A stretch of DNA of 45,091 bases from Patescibacteria group bacterium (GCA_018816385.1 JAHIVK010000010.1:1-45091), one strand, 5' to 3'; shown: positions 16,172-26,197, numbered from the stretch's first letter. Made by a program: numbers and translations. Notes: generated from the letters alone by a model not told the origin.

Positions 16172-18850
16172 TTACAGTTTAGATAAGTGCTTCATAAGTA
16201 ACTTGTGCCTCGTGAGTGTTGCTTGTCTAACATCATCAATAACCACGGCAGCCTCTGAATCAGCTGGATCATGACAAACCACCTTAATATCTTCTGCAGC
16301 ACTGCCAAAACCAATCCCTTGCACAATTACACCCTGTGACCTCAGTTGAGTAATTAAGGCAACACATTGATCTTGACTCGATACATCTCCGTCAGAAACA
16401 ATCGTCAATATTTTACTCCTTTTTCCTTGTTTGATTTGCGCCAGCGTTTCTGGATCAAGAGAGTCTTGGTATTTTTGCAACGCAACAACCAACCCTTCTG
16501 AGCTTTGATTTTTAGCCTGTAACTCTCGATCCAAATCCACCAGTATCTTTTCTGACATTATGTCTTCTTTTTCCACCACTTCAGTTGCCCCACTACCAAA
16601 GGTTATTTGTGTAGATCGAATTTGTAGTGGCGTTCTCATCCTTGTTTTGTTTCGAGAATGTTGAAAACGCTCATTGAGCTTCATAATGTTATAGCTAGAG
16701 CTGAGAACCATCTTTTTCATTTCTTCCTCAGCGCTACCTGACATGGATCCAGAAATATCCAGCACAAAATCGTCATCGACTTCAAATACTTCTATAATTT
16801 CTTTTTGTTTTTCATAGCTTCTTTGATAGCCGGATGGGTCATCATCTTTGGAGCGAACATCAATGTAGGCTGTCACTGGATCATCTAGAAATTCACCCTC
16901 ACTTTGCCTGACTGGCCCCTTGTATGCCTGATATGGCACCTCACGTCTTTTGTATAAAAGGTCGAACAAATCACACCATTCCTGGTATAAAGTGCTAGGT
17001 CGCTTACGAATGCTCATTTCAGGAGGAACAGGTGTGTTGTTTATGTTATTAATCCAGCTCTCCAGTCTTTTCCACTGCACATAATCCACCCCTTTTTCTT
17101 TTTGAAATTGTTCTGCCGCACGTTGCTCTGGTGTTGGATCTGGTTGAGGTTTTTGATCTAAACCATCAATTAAGTCTTGGTACATTCGTTCTACTTCTTC
17201 AGGACTAAGCTCCGGTTGTTCTATTAGAGAATCACCAAAATCTCCATCAAGCGGCTGATTGGGTTCTGACTGATCATCTTGAAAATCATCCTTTTGCTTG
17301 GGAGGAGTTGCATCCATCCCTCTATGGGTCCACTTCTGACTATCTTTATTCCAAACTTCTCCCCAGGCATGTTTATCAACGCCCGGTGCCTCAACCACGG
17401 TAAAATCAAAACGAGGATCTTTACTGTTGATATAAGGACCAGTTGGAATTCGGGACGCAATCCCAAGGCGTTTACATAGTTCATCTCTAAAAATGTTTGC
17501 CCAGTAACAATGTGCTATCCCTGTCTCGGCAATTTTTGTCCAAAGATTACTACCCGCACTCAAATACGCCGCGTCTATTTGGCCAATTTCAGATTCATCA
17601 TTTGGATAACGAAGTTTTTTATGTATATATCGAACAATCTCTCGTGCCTTTTGTACATCGCTCATCCAATTTTGAGCTAACAGATCGTCAACAAGCGTTT
17701 GAGTTTCTGGATCAAGAGCTCCTCCAGTAGGAGAAACGTCTCGATCTATGGGAGGGCGGTTTAGTTTATTTGAATCATTCTCGCTCATCACAAAATCAAA
17801 AGAGAACTCAACAACTTCTGAGGAAACACTCCCAACTCTGGGTTCCAGTGAAATAATGCCTAATTCATCCCGCATTAAATGAAACGCGCCAGCGGGCTTA
17901 ATTGAACCAACAATTGGTAACGCTCCATAAGGAAGTTTTATTAGTGTTTCCTTACCTGGACTCATTTTTCCCCGATAATTTCTTTGTGTTTGCCAAACTG
18001 CCTCATCATCCAGAGGTTCTTCAACGTCCCATGTTTCTTTTACACCCGCTTCTTTAACAATTTGTTTTGAGTTGGGATCATAACGACAAACCTGTTCGCG
18101 ATAATATCCGCCATAAAAAGGATTAACACGTACCATAATGTCTGATTCTTGGATGGCTTCTTTGCTTCTTGCAACATCTTGTGTTTGTGATGGACGATAC
18201 TCAAATTGCTGAGAGCGGCCAGTTTGTCTGTCTACTTCCGATAATTCATCTAATAGTGGTTTCAGATACTGCTCATAATTTTGTCCATCGAATTTTAAGT
18301 AACGACCGGAAGCAATATAATCAACTAGGCTTTTCCCTTGGGGAGTAGGAATTCGCGAGATCGCGTCTTTGACTTGTGGTGATAACTCATCAGGGTATTT
18401 TCCTGTCAAAACATATGAGTCAAGTGCCCAATTGAATTCTTGCGAAAGTGTTTGGTTCTGTGGACCAATAGGACGGTCGTGAAGAACTTGTTGTCCACTC
18501 TCTCTCAGACAAGCCAATCCCTGCCAACGTAGAACTGGCTCTGTAGCATTTGGGTGTCTTTTAGAAACATCAATAAGCACATTTGCGTCTGTCCTCACTG
18601 CTTGAGTGAGACCAATGTGAGTAGCCACTTGCCTGAGCGCCGCAAAGCGAGCAGTATCTTCATCGGAATATAAAGAGGTATTTACTCTAAGTTCGGTTTT
18701 GTCTTCGCTCCAGGATAGCCTTGCCCCTTTATCTCTTTCTGTTATTTCAACTCCACCCAATAATCTATGACGCTCCGGCAGAGAGTTTTGATTCTGTTCT
18801 GGTATTTTTCTTTGAGATCGTTCATTCTCATTCATATCTGGTTTTTCCAT
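16172..18850 (-). CDS. Transglutaminase-like cysteine protease domain plus C-terminal von Willebrand factor A domain protein
   Basis: GIAHCYWANIF...GIASRIPTG...KHAWGEVW...GMDATP gives the Cys-His-Asp TGase core. VLDISGSMSG is a MIDAS DxSxS motif, followed by TIVSDGD. Confidence 0.8.
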   Translation of the reverse strand: MEKPDMNENERSQRKIPEQNQNSLPERHRLLGGVEITERDKGARLSWSEDKTELRVNTSLYSDEDTARFAALRQVATHIGLTQAVRTDANVLIDVSKRHPNATEPVLRWQGLACLRESGQQVLHDRPIGPQNQTLSQEFNWALDSYVLTGKYPDELSPQVKDAISRIPTPQGKSLVDYIASGRYLKFDGQNYEQYLKPLLDELSEVDRQTGRSQQFEYRPSQTQDVARSKEAIQESDIMVRVNPFYGGYYREQVCRYDPNSKQIVKEAGVKETWDVEEPLDDEAVWQTQRNYRGKMSPGKETLIKLPYGALPIVGSIKPAGAFHLMRDELGIISLEPRVGSVSSEVVEFSFDFVMSENDSNKLNRPPIDRDVSPTGGALDPETQTLVDDLLAQNWMSDVQKAREIVRYIHKKLRYPNDESEIGQIDAAYLSAGSNLWTKIAETGIAHCYWANIFRDELCKRLGIASRIPTGPYINSKDPRFDFTVVEAPGVDKHAWGEVWNKDSQKWTHRGMDATPPKQKDDFQDDQSEPNQPLDGDFGDSLIEQPELSPEEVERMYQDLIDGLDQKPQPDPTPEQRAAEQFQKEKGVDYVQWKRLESWINNINNTPVPPEMSIRKRPSTLYQEWCDLFDLLYKRREVPYQAYKGPVRQSEGEFLDDPVTAYIDVRSKDDDPSGYQRSYEKQKEIIEVFEVDDDFVLDISGSMSGSAEEEMKKMVLSSSYNIMKLNERFQHSRNKTRMRTPLQIRSTQITFGSGATEVVEKEDIMSEKILVDLDRELQAKNQSSEGLVVALQKYQDSLDPETLAQIKQGKRSKILTIVSDGDVSSQDQCVALITQLRSQGVIVQGIGFGSAAEDIKVVCHDPADSEAAVVIDDVRQATLTRHKLLMKHLSKL

Positions 18851-19043
18851 ATGTCACAAAAGCTCATGAGGTTCAAATTGTTTGTCAACGAAACTCAAGA
18901 GATCCTGCTTTATTATACAAAAAATCTGCGGAAAAGTCTTACAGATGTTGGATAGGTAATTACACGGTTAATTTATGAAGAGCCTACTGGCAATTGATTT
19001 AGTAATTAATAATGATACACTTTTATACAGAATCTAGAATTAG

Positions 19044-19078
19044 AATTAAACCAGCTGTTTTCAAAATTAAACCAGCTG
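19044..19078. repeat. Two direct copies of aattaaaccagctg (each holding the CAGCTG palindrome), starts 21 bp apart, upstream of ftsZ
   Basis: Copies at 19044-19057 and 19065-19078, seen directly. Confidence 0.7.
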
Positions 19079-19114
19079 ATAAACTTGAAGTAGTATTTGT
19101 CAACAACTCAAACT

Positions 19115-20383
19115 ATGGCCCTGGTTAAACCTACCAACACCACTTTTGCCAAGATCAAGGTCGTGGGTGTGGGTGGGGGTGGTGGTAATGCCATCAACAC
19201 TATGATTGAGGGTGGTCAAATTAAGGGCGTAGAATTTATCAGTGTTAACACTGATGCCCAAGCTTTACTAACTTCCAAAGCCGAAACTAAACTTCAAATT
19301 GGCACCAACTTAACCAAAGGTTTAGGTTCTGGAGCCGACCCTGACGTAGGTAGAACTGCCGCCGAAGAATCTTACGACAAAATTAAAGACTTATTGTTTG
19401 ATAGCGACATGGTTTTCATCACTGCCGGCATGGGCGGAGGCACCGGCACGGGAGCTTCACCCATCGTGGCCGAAATTGCCAGGGAAAGTGGCGCTTTAAC
19501 TGTCGGCGTGGTCACCAAACCCTTTGCTTTTGAAAGCGCTCGCCGGATGCAGACTGCCGAAGAAGGAGTCGAAGAACTTAGAGAACATGTGGATGCTTTA
19601 ATTGTCATCCCCAACCAAAGACTGATGGATGTGGTCGATAAAAAAATGACTTTGACCGATGCTTTTAAACTAGCTGACAATGTCCTGGGTCAAGGTGTGC
19701 AAGGCATTTCTGACTTAATCACTATCCCCGGCTTAATCAACGTTGATTTTGCCGATGTCAAAACCATCATGACTGATTCCGGCTCGGCTTTAATGGGTAT
19801 TGGCGAAGCCAGTGGCGAAAATCGAGCCACTACCGCCGCCCGCATGGCCGCTTCCTCTCCATTACTCGAAATTTCGATTGAAGGCGCCAAGGGTGTCTTG
19901 TTTAATATCATGGGCGGACCCGACATGACCATGACCGAGGTTTCAGAGGCTGCCAATATTATTGCCAGTGCCGCCGACCCTGAAGCCAACATCATTTTTG
20001 GCGCCGCTATTGATGAAAGCATGGGTTCTAATATTAAAATTAGTGTCATCGCCACCGGATTTGCTGGCCGAGGTTTTTCTGTATCAGACAGACCTCACTT
20101 TGGTGCCTACTCCAAAGAAGCCAAAAGAAAGCTGGAAGAGGAAAAATCAGGACAAACCATTGATCGGACTCCCAATTCTTTTACCCAACCCATGACGGCC
20201 GGCGAGTTAAGTCAAACTTTCTCTCCATCCCCTCAAGTTTCCATTAATCAACCACTATCTCAAGATGCATCAGGTTTGGAAGATAAACCAAAAGATCAAG
20301 AAAAAAACAAACGATCGGGTTTTGCTAAAGTCTTTTCGGATGACTTCGAAATCCCAGCATTTTTGAGGAACAAGGGCAAGTAG
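19115..20383 (+). CDS. ftsZ: Cell division GTPase FtsZ
   Basis: [11 protein letters not shown] and [12 protein letters not shown] tubulin signature. C-terminal DFEIPAFLR peptide. Start set at the ATG at 19115. Confidence 0.95.
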   Translation: MALVKPTNTTFAKIKVVGVGGGGGNAINTMIEGGQIKGVEFISVNTDAQALLTSKAETKLQIGTNLTKGLGSGADPDVGRTAAEESYDKIKDLLFDSDMVFITAGMGGGTGTGASPIVAEIARESGALTVGVVTKPFAFESARRMQTAEEGVEELREHVDALIVIPNQRLMDVVDKKMTLTDAFKLADNVLGQGVQGISDLITIPGLINVDFADVKTIMTDSGSALMGIGEASGENRATTAARMAASSPLLEISIEGAKGVLFNIMGGPDMTMTEVSEAANIIASAADPEANIIFGAAIDESMGSNIKISVIATGFAGRGFSVSDRPHFGAYSKEAKRKLEEEKSGQTIDRTPNSFTQPMTAGELSQTFSPSPQVSINQPLSQDASGLEDKPKDQEKNKRSGFAKVFSDDFEIPAFLRNKGK

Positions 20384-20437
20384 ATTTTTCTATCGCAATC
20401 TGCTAGTGTGAGCTCAGTTATAAATCACTTTAAACAT

Positions 20438-20656
20438 ATGAGTAAAATTAACTTAAAAAATGTTGTCTGGAAAGAAGGCAAATATTATGTATCATGGAAC
20501 CTAAACACTGGAGTTTCTAGTTTTGGCGATACCAAAAAAGAAGCCCTTGAGTCTCTTGAGGAAGCTTTGGAGTTGCATTTGGAAGATTTTCCGGCTACGA
20601 AAATCACAAAAGTGGAAAGACCAGATATCGTTCCGCTTAATTTCCAATATGCCTAA
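20438..20656 (+). CDS. hicB: HicB-family antitoxin
   Basis: WKEGKYYVSWNLNTGVSSFGDTKKEALESLEEALELHLE. Overlaps hicA by 8 nt. Confidence 0.75.
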   Translation: MSKINLKNVVWKEGKYYVSWNLNTGVSSFGDTKKEALESLEEALELHLEDFPATKITKVERPDIVPLNFQYA

Positions 20657-20873
20657 ACCAATACCTCTTAAACGAGTCTTGAAAGTCCTCCAAAGTGAGG
20701 GCTTCTTTTTTGTCAAACAGAGAGGGTCACATGCTAAATACAGAAAAGTTGGTGAGCCTACAAGAAATGTAACGGTCAAAACCACAAAAAAAGAAATTCC
20801 TCACGGTACATTCCAATCGATTTTATTGCAGTCTGGATTAAAAGAAAGCGATTTTATAAAAGGAAAAAAATAA
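20649..20873 (+). CDS. hicA: HicA-family mRNA interferase toxin
   Basis: LKRVLKVLQSEGFFFVKQRGSHAKY pattern. Start moved to the ATG at 20649. Confidence 0.8.
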   Translation: MPKPIPLKRVLKVLQSEGFFFVKQRGSHAKYRKVGEPTRNVTVKTTKKEIPHGTFQSILLQSGLKESDFIKGKK

Positions 20874-20964
20874 GTCAAACTTCCCATATACCAAAATGTT
20901 AGGCAAAAATTAAAATTCTCTCCAATCAGCTGATTCTTTTTCTTTCCTGTGTTAAAATCTAGCC

Positions 20965-21255
20965 ATGACAATCCAAAACATTAACGCCAAGGTTATTCCC
21001 GTTTTGAAATCTCACGGAGTGCTTAAAGCATCCCTTTTTGGTTCTGTGGCCAGGGGTGAAGCAAATAAAAAAAGCGATGTTGACTTTTTGGTGGACCTTG
21101 ATGATGATAAAAGCCTACTTGATCTCGTAGACTTGAAATTAGATTTAGAGGAAAAACTTGGCAGAAAAGTTGATATTGTTGAGTATGCCGCAATTAAGCC
21201 GATGCTAAGAAATACAATCATAAGTGAACAAAAAGTGATTTATGAAAAAAGTTAA
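20965..21255 (+). CDS. Nucleotidyltransferase-domain protein (MNT-type), with no cognate HEPN gene
   Basis: LFGSVARGEANKKSDVDFLVD is the GSxxRGx...DxD motif. Confidence 0.8.
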   Translation: MTIQNINAKVIPVLKSHGVLKASLFGSVARGEANKKSDVDFLVDLDDDKSLLDLVDLKLDLEEKLGRKVDIVEYAAIKPMLRNTIISEQKVIYEKS

Positions 21256-21559
21256 ATTAGGTTTAGCTTTTGGTCTTGCTTTTGGGCTAATTGATGCATT
21301 GCTGATGTTGCCAATTCCCATGACCGATAAAGTCATTGCCATTCTTGGCGCTTCAATCAATCGTTTTGCTATCGGCTGGTTCATCCCTGTGACTAATTTC
21401 CCAAAGCCAGGCTGGATGAGGGGTTTAATGATCGGCACCCTTATCAGTTTGCCAGACGCCATTATTACTAAAGCTTATCTTCCGATATTAATTATTGGCG
21501 CGCTGGGCGGAGTCGGTTTAGGCTTATTATCAGATAGGCTAATACAAAGACATAGCTAA
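21242..21559 (+). CDS. Small hydrophobic membrane protein, about 3 TM helices
   Basis: Hydrophobic composition. Overlaps the MNT stop by 14 nt. Confidence 0.5.
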   Translation: MKKVKLGLAFGLAFGLIDALLMLPIPMTDKVIAILGASINRFAIGWFIPVTNFPKPGWMRGLMIGTLISLPDAIITKAYLPILIIGALGGVGLGLLSDRLIQRHS

Positions 21560-21595
21560 TTCTTTTTTGGCCATCAATTTGTTATACTTAACTTT

Positions 21596-21886
21596 ATGGA
21601 CAAAGATAAAATAAGAAAAAAAATCAGCAGTCAATTGCCTCTGTTAAGGCAAAAATATCATGTCAAAAAATTGGGTATTTTTGGCTCTTTTGTGAGAGAT
21701 CAACAAAGAAAAGGCAGTGATGTGGATATGTTGGTGGAGTTGACTTCTCCCATTGGTTTTTTTGATTTTGTACGTTTGGAAAATTTTCTAACTAGAACTC
21801 TAAAGCAGAAAGTTGATCTGGTATTAAAAAAAACCCTTAAGCCGGCTATTAAAGATGACGTGTTAAAAGAAACGATATATGTCTAA
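21596..21886 (+). CDS. mntA: Nucleotidyltransferase antitoxin, MntA-like
   Basis: IFGSFVRDQQRKGSDVDMLVE. Overlaps the downstream HEPN gene. Confidence 0.8.
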   Translation: MDKDKIRKKISSQLPLLRQKYHVKKLGIFGSFVRDQQRKGSDVDMLVELTSPIGFFDFVRLENFLTRTLKQKVDLVLKKTLKPAIKDDVLKETIYV

Positions 21887-22232
21887 AAGAGGCACCACAC
21901 TCTATCTTGAGGATATAAAAAACTCCATCGAAAAAATAGATTGTTATACCAAAGGTTTGTCTTTTAATAAATTTTGCAAAAACACTCTAGTGATCGATGC
22001 TGTGGTGAGAAACCTAACGATAATTGGAGAAGCCACAAAAAATATCCCCAAAGAAATAAAAGTAAAATATCCACAAAGCGCGTGGAGTGAGGCCATAGGT
22101 ATGAGGAACAAAGTTGCTCATGAGTATTTTGGCATTGACGCAAGTATCTTATGGAAAACGATCAAAGAAGATTTACCGATCTATAAAAAACAAATTGCAA
22201 AAATTTTAGACTCATTAGAAAAAAACGGCTAA
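21879..22232 (+). CDS. hepT: HEPN/DUF86 toxin, HepT-like
   Basis: RNKVAHEYFGID is the Rx4-6H HEPN motif. Confidence 0.8.
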   Translation: MSKRGTTLYLEDIKNSIEKIDCYTKGLSFNKFCKNTLVIDAVVRNLTIIGEATKNIPKEIKVKYPQSAWSEAIGMRNKVAHEYFGIDASILWKTIKEDLPIYKKQIAKILDSLEKNG

Positions 22233-22269
22233 CTTTGAGTTTTTTTTAAGATTAAATTTTGTTATATAA

Positions 22270-22320
22270 TAGACTTGTAACGAAATAAGGGAAACGATTT
22301 CTTATTTCGCAAGAGGTCTA
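22270..22320. repeat. Minimal hairpin member of the TIR family (tagacttgtaacgaaataag ... cttatttcgcaagaggtcta)
   Basis: Seen directly. It ends 3 nt before the ileS ATG. Confidence 0.8.
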
Positions 22321-22323
22321 TTT

Positions 22324-25137
22324 ATGCCAAAGCTCAAAACATTACCCAGCCACCCCGATCTGCCTCGCCTGGAAGAGGAGATCTTAAAGTTCTGGCAAGA
22401 AACCAAAGCCTTTGAGCAGTCTGTCACTCAAAGATCCAAAGACAAGCAGTACGTTTTTTACGACGGACCGCCTTTCGCCACTGGCATGCCTCATTATGGT
22501 CACCTGTTGGGTTCGACTAGCAAAGATGTGATTGCCAGATTCTGGACCATGATGGGCTACCGAGTCGAACGGATTTGGGGTTGGGACTGCCACGGTCTAC
22601 CCATTGAAAACATCATTGAAAATAAACTGAAAATCAAAGATGGCAAGAAGGGAATTGAAAAACTAGGCATTGATCACTTTAATCAGGCTTGTCAAGTAGA
22701 AGTCATGAGGTTAGATAAAGAGTGGGAAAAAATTATTGACCGACTGGGTCGGTGGGTAGACTTCAAACATAACTACAAAACTATGGACCTGTCCTACATG
22801 GAATCGGTTTGGTGGGGTTTTGGCCAACTTTATGAAAAAGGCTTGATCTATCAAGGCAAACGGGTGATTCTCTACTGTCCGCGGTGCGCCACTCCGCTGT
22901 CTAACTTTGAAATTGCCATGGATAACAGCTACCAAACCCACACCGAGGCTTCCACCTACTACAAGTTTCCAGTGGCAGGTCAAGCCAAAACCTTTTTGTT
23001 GACCTGGTCAACTACGCCCTGGAACAAGTTGGTGACGACTGCGCTGGCGGTTAACCCAAAATTAACTTATGTTAAGGCAAAAGTGGGGGAGGAGTTGCTG
23101 ATTTTAGCCAAAAGCCGATTGAGTGTCCTAGATGAGAAAAACCCATCAGTCGTAACGGAAATGACCGGCAAACAACTGGCTAAACTTGAATTTACCATGC
23201 TGTTTGATTTTTATCCCCAGCGGACATCAGACGAAAAAGCCGGCATTGTCATTGCCGATGACTTTGTGACGACCGATGAGGGCACAGGTATTGTAACTTT
23301 GGCAGTCTACGGCGAGGACGACTACCGAGTCATGCAAAAACACGGCGTCCAGTTGGTCGAACACGTTAACGAAGAAGGTAGGTTAAAGCCCGAGGTTAAA
23401 CCTTGGGCGGGCATGGATATTCTTGAGGCAAACCCTTTAATCGATACAGCGCTTAATCAACGTGGTTTAATCTATAAACACGAGGTTCATTCTCACAGCG
23501 TGGCTCATTGTTACCGATGTGGCACCAGACTTTACTATGCTCCCATTCCGGCTTGGTTTATCAATATTCAAAAACTCAAACCCAGCTTAATCAAACATAA
23601 CGAACAAATTAATTGGTATCCGGGGCACCTCAAACATGGTCGATTTGGCAAGGGTCTAGAAACTGCCCCCGACTGGAACATATCCAGATCAAGATACTGG
23701 GGCACACCCATGCCTATTTGGAAATCTGCTGATGGGACAGTAAGAGTCATCACCAGTTTGGCAGAACTCAAAGACTGGGCAGTTGACTCCAAAGCAGTAA
23801 GTCAAATTGATAATATTCATCGACAGTTTGTCGATGAAATTGAAGTTTGGGTTGATGCAGACCGCAAGATTAAGGGTCGGCGAATTCCTGAAGTTTTTGA
23901 TTGTTGGGTGGAATCCGGTTCAATGCCCTTTGCCTCTCGCCACTATCCTTTTGAAAATGAAACCGAATTTAAAAGCACCTATCCCGCTCAATTTGTGAGT
24001 GAATATATCGCTCAAACCAGAGCTTGGTTTTACACTTTGCACGCTATGTCAGTTGGGTTGTTTGACAGTCACGCCGTGGAAAATATTTTGACCACCGGCA
24101 CTTTTATGGCCGCCGATGGTAATAAACTCTCCAAATCCAAAAAGAACTTCACCGACCCCATGATTCTCATCAATCAACATGGAGTGGACAGTTTGCGGTT
24201 ATATATGATGAGCTCATCAGTTATGAAGGGGGAGAATGTTAATTTTGCCGATGGGGAAGTGGCAGATATCCGGAAAAGAGTTTTTGTCATCTGGTGGAAT
24301 ATACTTTCATTCTACCGACTTTATGTAGGAGACGCTCCGGTTGAGTGGCAAACTCCACCCAAACCGCAAACAGTGATGGATAAATGGCTGGTCAGCAAAA
24401 TCATGACTCTGACCAGACAAGTTACCAAATTTAACAGTGACTATGATGTGGTCAGAGCTTCAAGAACTTTAATTGAATTTGTCAACGAGTTTTCTACTTG
24501 GTACTTGAGAAGAAGTCGCGACCAAATCAAAGATCTCAAGGCTCAATCAACTCACCAAGTTTTTGGCTGGGCTTTAGTCAAATTGGCGCAATTGTTTGCT
24601 CCATATACACCTTTTTTCTCGGAACTGGTGTTTCACAATTTAGTTTCCGAAACAAACAGCATCCATCATACCGATTGGCCAAAAGTTGATGAAAGTTTGA
24701 TTGACCCAAAGCTGGAGAGCCAGATGCAGGAGATAAGAAAAGTGGCCGAAAAAGTTCATAGCCAACGCAAAGAATTAAACATTAGGGTTAGACAGCCCCT
24801 AGCAAGAGTTATGGTTACCTCAAGTCAAACCCAACCCAAAACTGAACTTTTAGAAATTCTGCAACTGGAAGTTAATATTCACCAAATTGAATGGCTACAA
24901 AAAGAGAATGCTCAACTTGAAGTCAAGCTTGACACCCAGCTCACCCCGGAATTAAAAGCGGAGGGGGAAGCTCGAGAACTAATTCGCTCAATTCAAAAAC
25001 TCCGCCAAAAAGCCGGTCTCATGCCCACAGATCAAATTCAAGTCACAGCCCCCCACTGGCCACCAGCTTGGCAAGAAAAAATTGAGCAAACCACTAACTC
25101 AAAACTGATTAAGGGAGAAGCGTTAGATATAAGATAA
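22324..25137 (+). CDS. ileS: Isoleucine--tRNA ligase
   Basis: HIGH-type PHYGHLLG, KMSKS-type KLSKSKKN, and the CP1 editing region. Confidence 0.93.
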   Translation: MPKLKTLPSHPDLPRLEEEILKFWQETKAFEQSVTQRSKDKQYVFYDGPPFATGMPHYGHLLGSTSKDVIARFWTMMGYRVERIWGWDCHGLPIENIIENKLKIKDGKKGIEKLGIDHFNQACQVEVMRLDKEWEKIIDRLGRWVDFKHNYKTMDLSYMESVWWGFGQLYEKGLIYQGKRVILYCPRCATPLSNFEIAMDNSYQTHTEASTYYKFPVAGQAKTFLLTWSTTPWNKLVTTALAVNPKLTYVKAKVGEELLILAKSRLSVLDEKNPSVVTEMTGKQLAKLEFTMLFDFYPQRTSDEKAGIVIADDFVTTDEGTGIVTLAVYGEDDYRVMQKHGVQLVEHVNEEGRLKPEVKPWAGMDILEANPLIDTALNQRGLIYKHEVHSHSVAHCYRCGTRLYYAPIPAWFINIQKLKPSLIKHNEQINWYPGHLKHGRFGKGLETAPDWNISRSRYWGTPMPIWKSADGTVRVITSLAELKDWAVDSKAVSQIDNIHRQFVDEIEVWVDADRKIKGRRIPEVFDCWVESGSMPFASRHYPFENETEFKSTYPAQFVSEYIAQTRAWFYTLHAMSVGLFDSHAVENILTTGTFMAADGNKLSKSKKNFTDPMILINQHGVDSLRLYMMSSSVMKGENVNFADGEVADIRKRVFVIWWNILSFYRLYVGDAPVEWQTPPKPQTVMDKWLVSKIMTLTRQVTKFNSDYDVVRASRTLIEFVNEFSTWYLRRSRDQIKDLKAQSTHQVFGWALVKLAQLFAPYTPFFSELVFHNLVSETNSIHHTDWPKVDESLIDPKLESQMQEIRKVAEKVHSQRKELNIRVRQPLARVMVTSSQTQPKTELLEILQLEVNIHQIEWLQKENAQLEVKLDTQLTPELKAEGEARELIRSIQKLRQKAGLMPTDQIQVTAPHWPPAWQEKIEQTTNSKLIKGEALDIR

Positions 25138-25141
25138 CTCT

Positions 25142-26197
25142 ATGCGTCACTGGTTAGTTCCAACTTGTTTAGGTTTGTTGATGGTGATTGGTTTGACGAC
25201 TCTTCATAGCCTAACTCCAGAACTGCTCAATAAACAGATTGGGTTTTGGGTCATAGGCTGGACTATATATTTTCTGACTGCCAGAGTACCTTTCTATCAT
25301 TGGTTGAAAATGAGTCGCGCCAGCCTAGTAGGTTTGATCATTCTACTGATAGTAGTCCTATTTGTGGCTGAAACAAGAGATACGGCTCGATGGTTTCATA
25401 TCTGGGGTTTTTCTTTGCAACCTTCCCAACTGGCTCTGCCAGTTTTAAGTCTGTTTTCTGCTAGTTTGATCACCTCCAGTCATCTTAAGTATGCCTCGCG
25501 ACTCTGGAAATATTTGGCAATTTTAGCTCTACCTTTGTTTTTAATCTTAATCGAGCCAGATTTAGGCACAGTTATTGTCACCCTTGCCACTTTGAGTTTA
25601 AGTCTGATAATTTGCGGTTTAAACGGCAAAATCATTAGGCAACTGGCTTGGATAGGTCTAGTGACAATGGGCTTTGGTTGGTTAATTCTCCAACCTTATC
25701 AAAAAGCCAGATTGACCAGTTTTTTGGATAGCAATAGCACCTCATCAAGTTCTAACTATAACGCCACTCAAGCCTTAATCAGTATTGGCTCGGGTGGTTT
25801 AATGGGCAGAGGCGTGGGTCTGGGTAGCCAATCCCAACTCAAGTTTTTACCAGAAAAACAAACTGATTTTATTTTTTCTGCGATAGCTGAAGAAACCGGC
25901 TTAGTGGGAGCTGGCTTATTACTCATGATTTACTTAAGTTTGATTTGGTTTTTACTGTCTGAAGCCAAATCTTTACCTCTACCGGGACAAGTTATCTCTA
26001 TTTCACTAGGCGTTTGGTTGGCCCTCCAATCTAGCATTAATGTTGGTATGAATCTGGGTCTACTGCCCATCACCGGTCTGACTTTACCCTTTGTATCTTA
26101 TGGTGGCAGTTCACTTTTGAGCAGTCTCTGGTGGCTGGGGCTGGCCCAGTCGGCATCTGCCGAAGGTGTTCATCAACCCCAGCTTCATATATCTTGA
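25142..26197 (+). CDS. SEDS family peptidoglycan polymerase, FtsW/RodA
   Basis: Polytopic membrane protein with PEKQTDFIFSAIAEE and LPFVSYGGSS motifs. Confidence 0.88.
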   Translation: MRHWLVPTCLGLLMVIGLTTLHSLTPELLNKQIGFWVIGWTIYFLTARVPFYHWLKMSRASLVGLIILLIVVLFVAETRDTARWFHIWGFSLQPSQLALPVLSLFSASLITSSHLKYASRLWKYLAILALPLFLILIEPDLGTVIVTLATLSLSLIICGLNGKIIRQLAWIGLVTMGFGWLILQPYQKARLTSFLDSNSTSSSSNYNATQALISIGSGGLMGRGVGLGSQSQLKFLPEKQTDFIFSAIAEETGLVGAGLLLMIYLSLIWFLLSEAKSLPLPGQVISISLGVWLALQSSINVGMNLGLLPITGLTLPFVSYGGSSLLSSLWWLGLAQSASAEGVHQPQLHIS

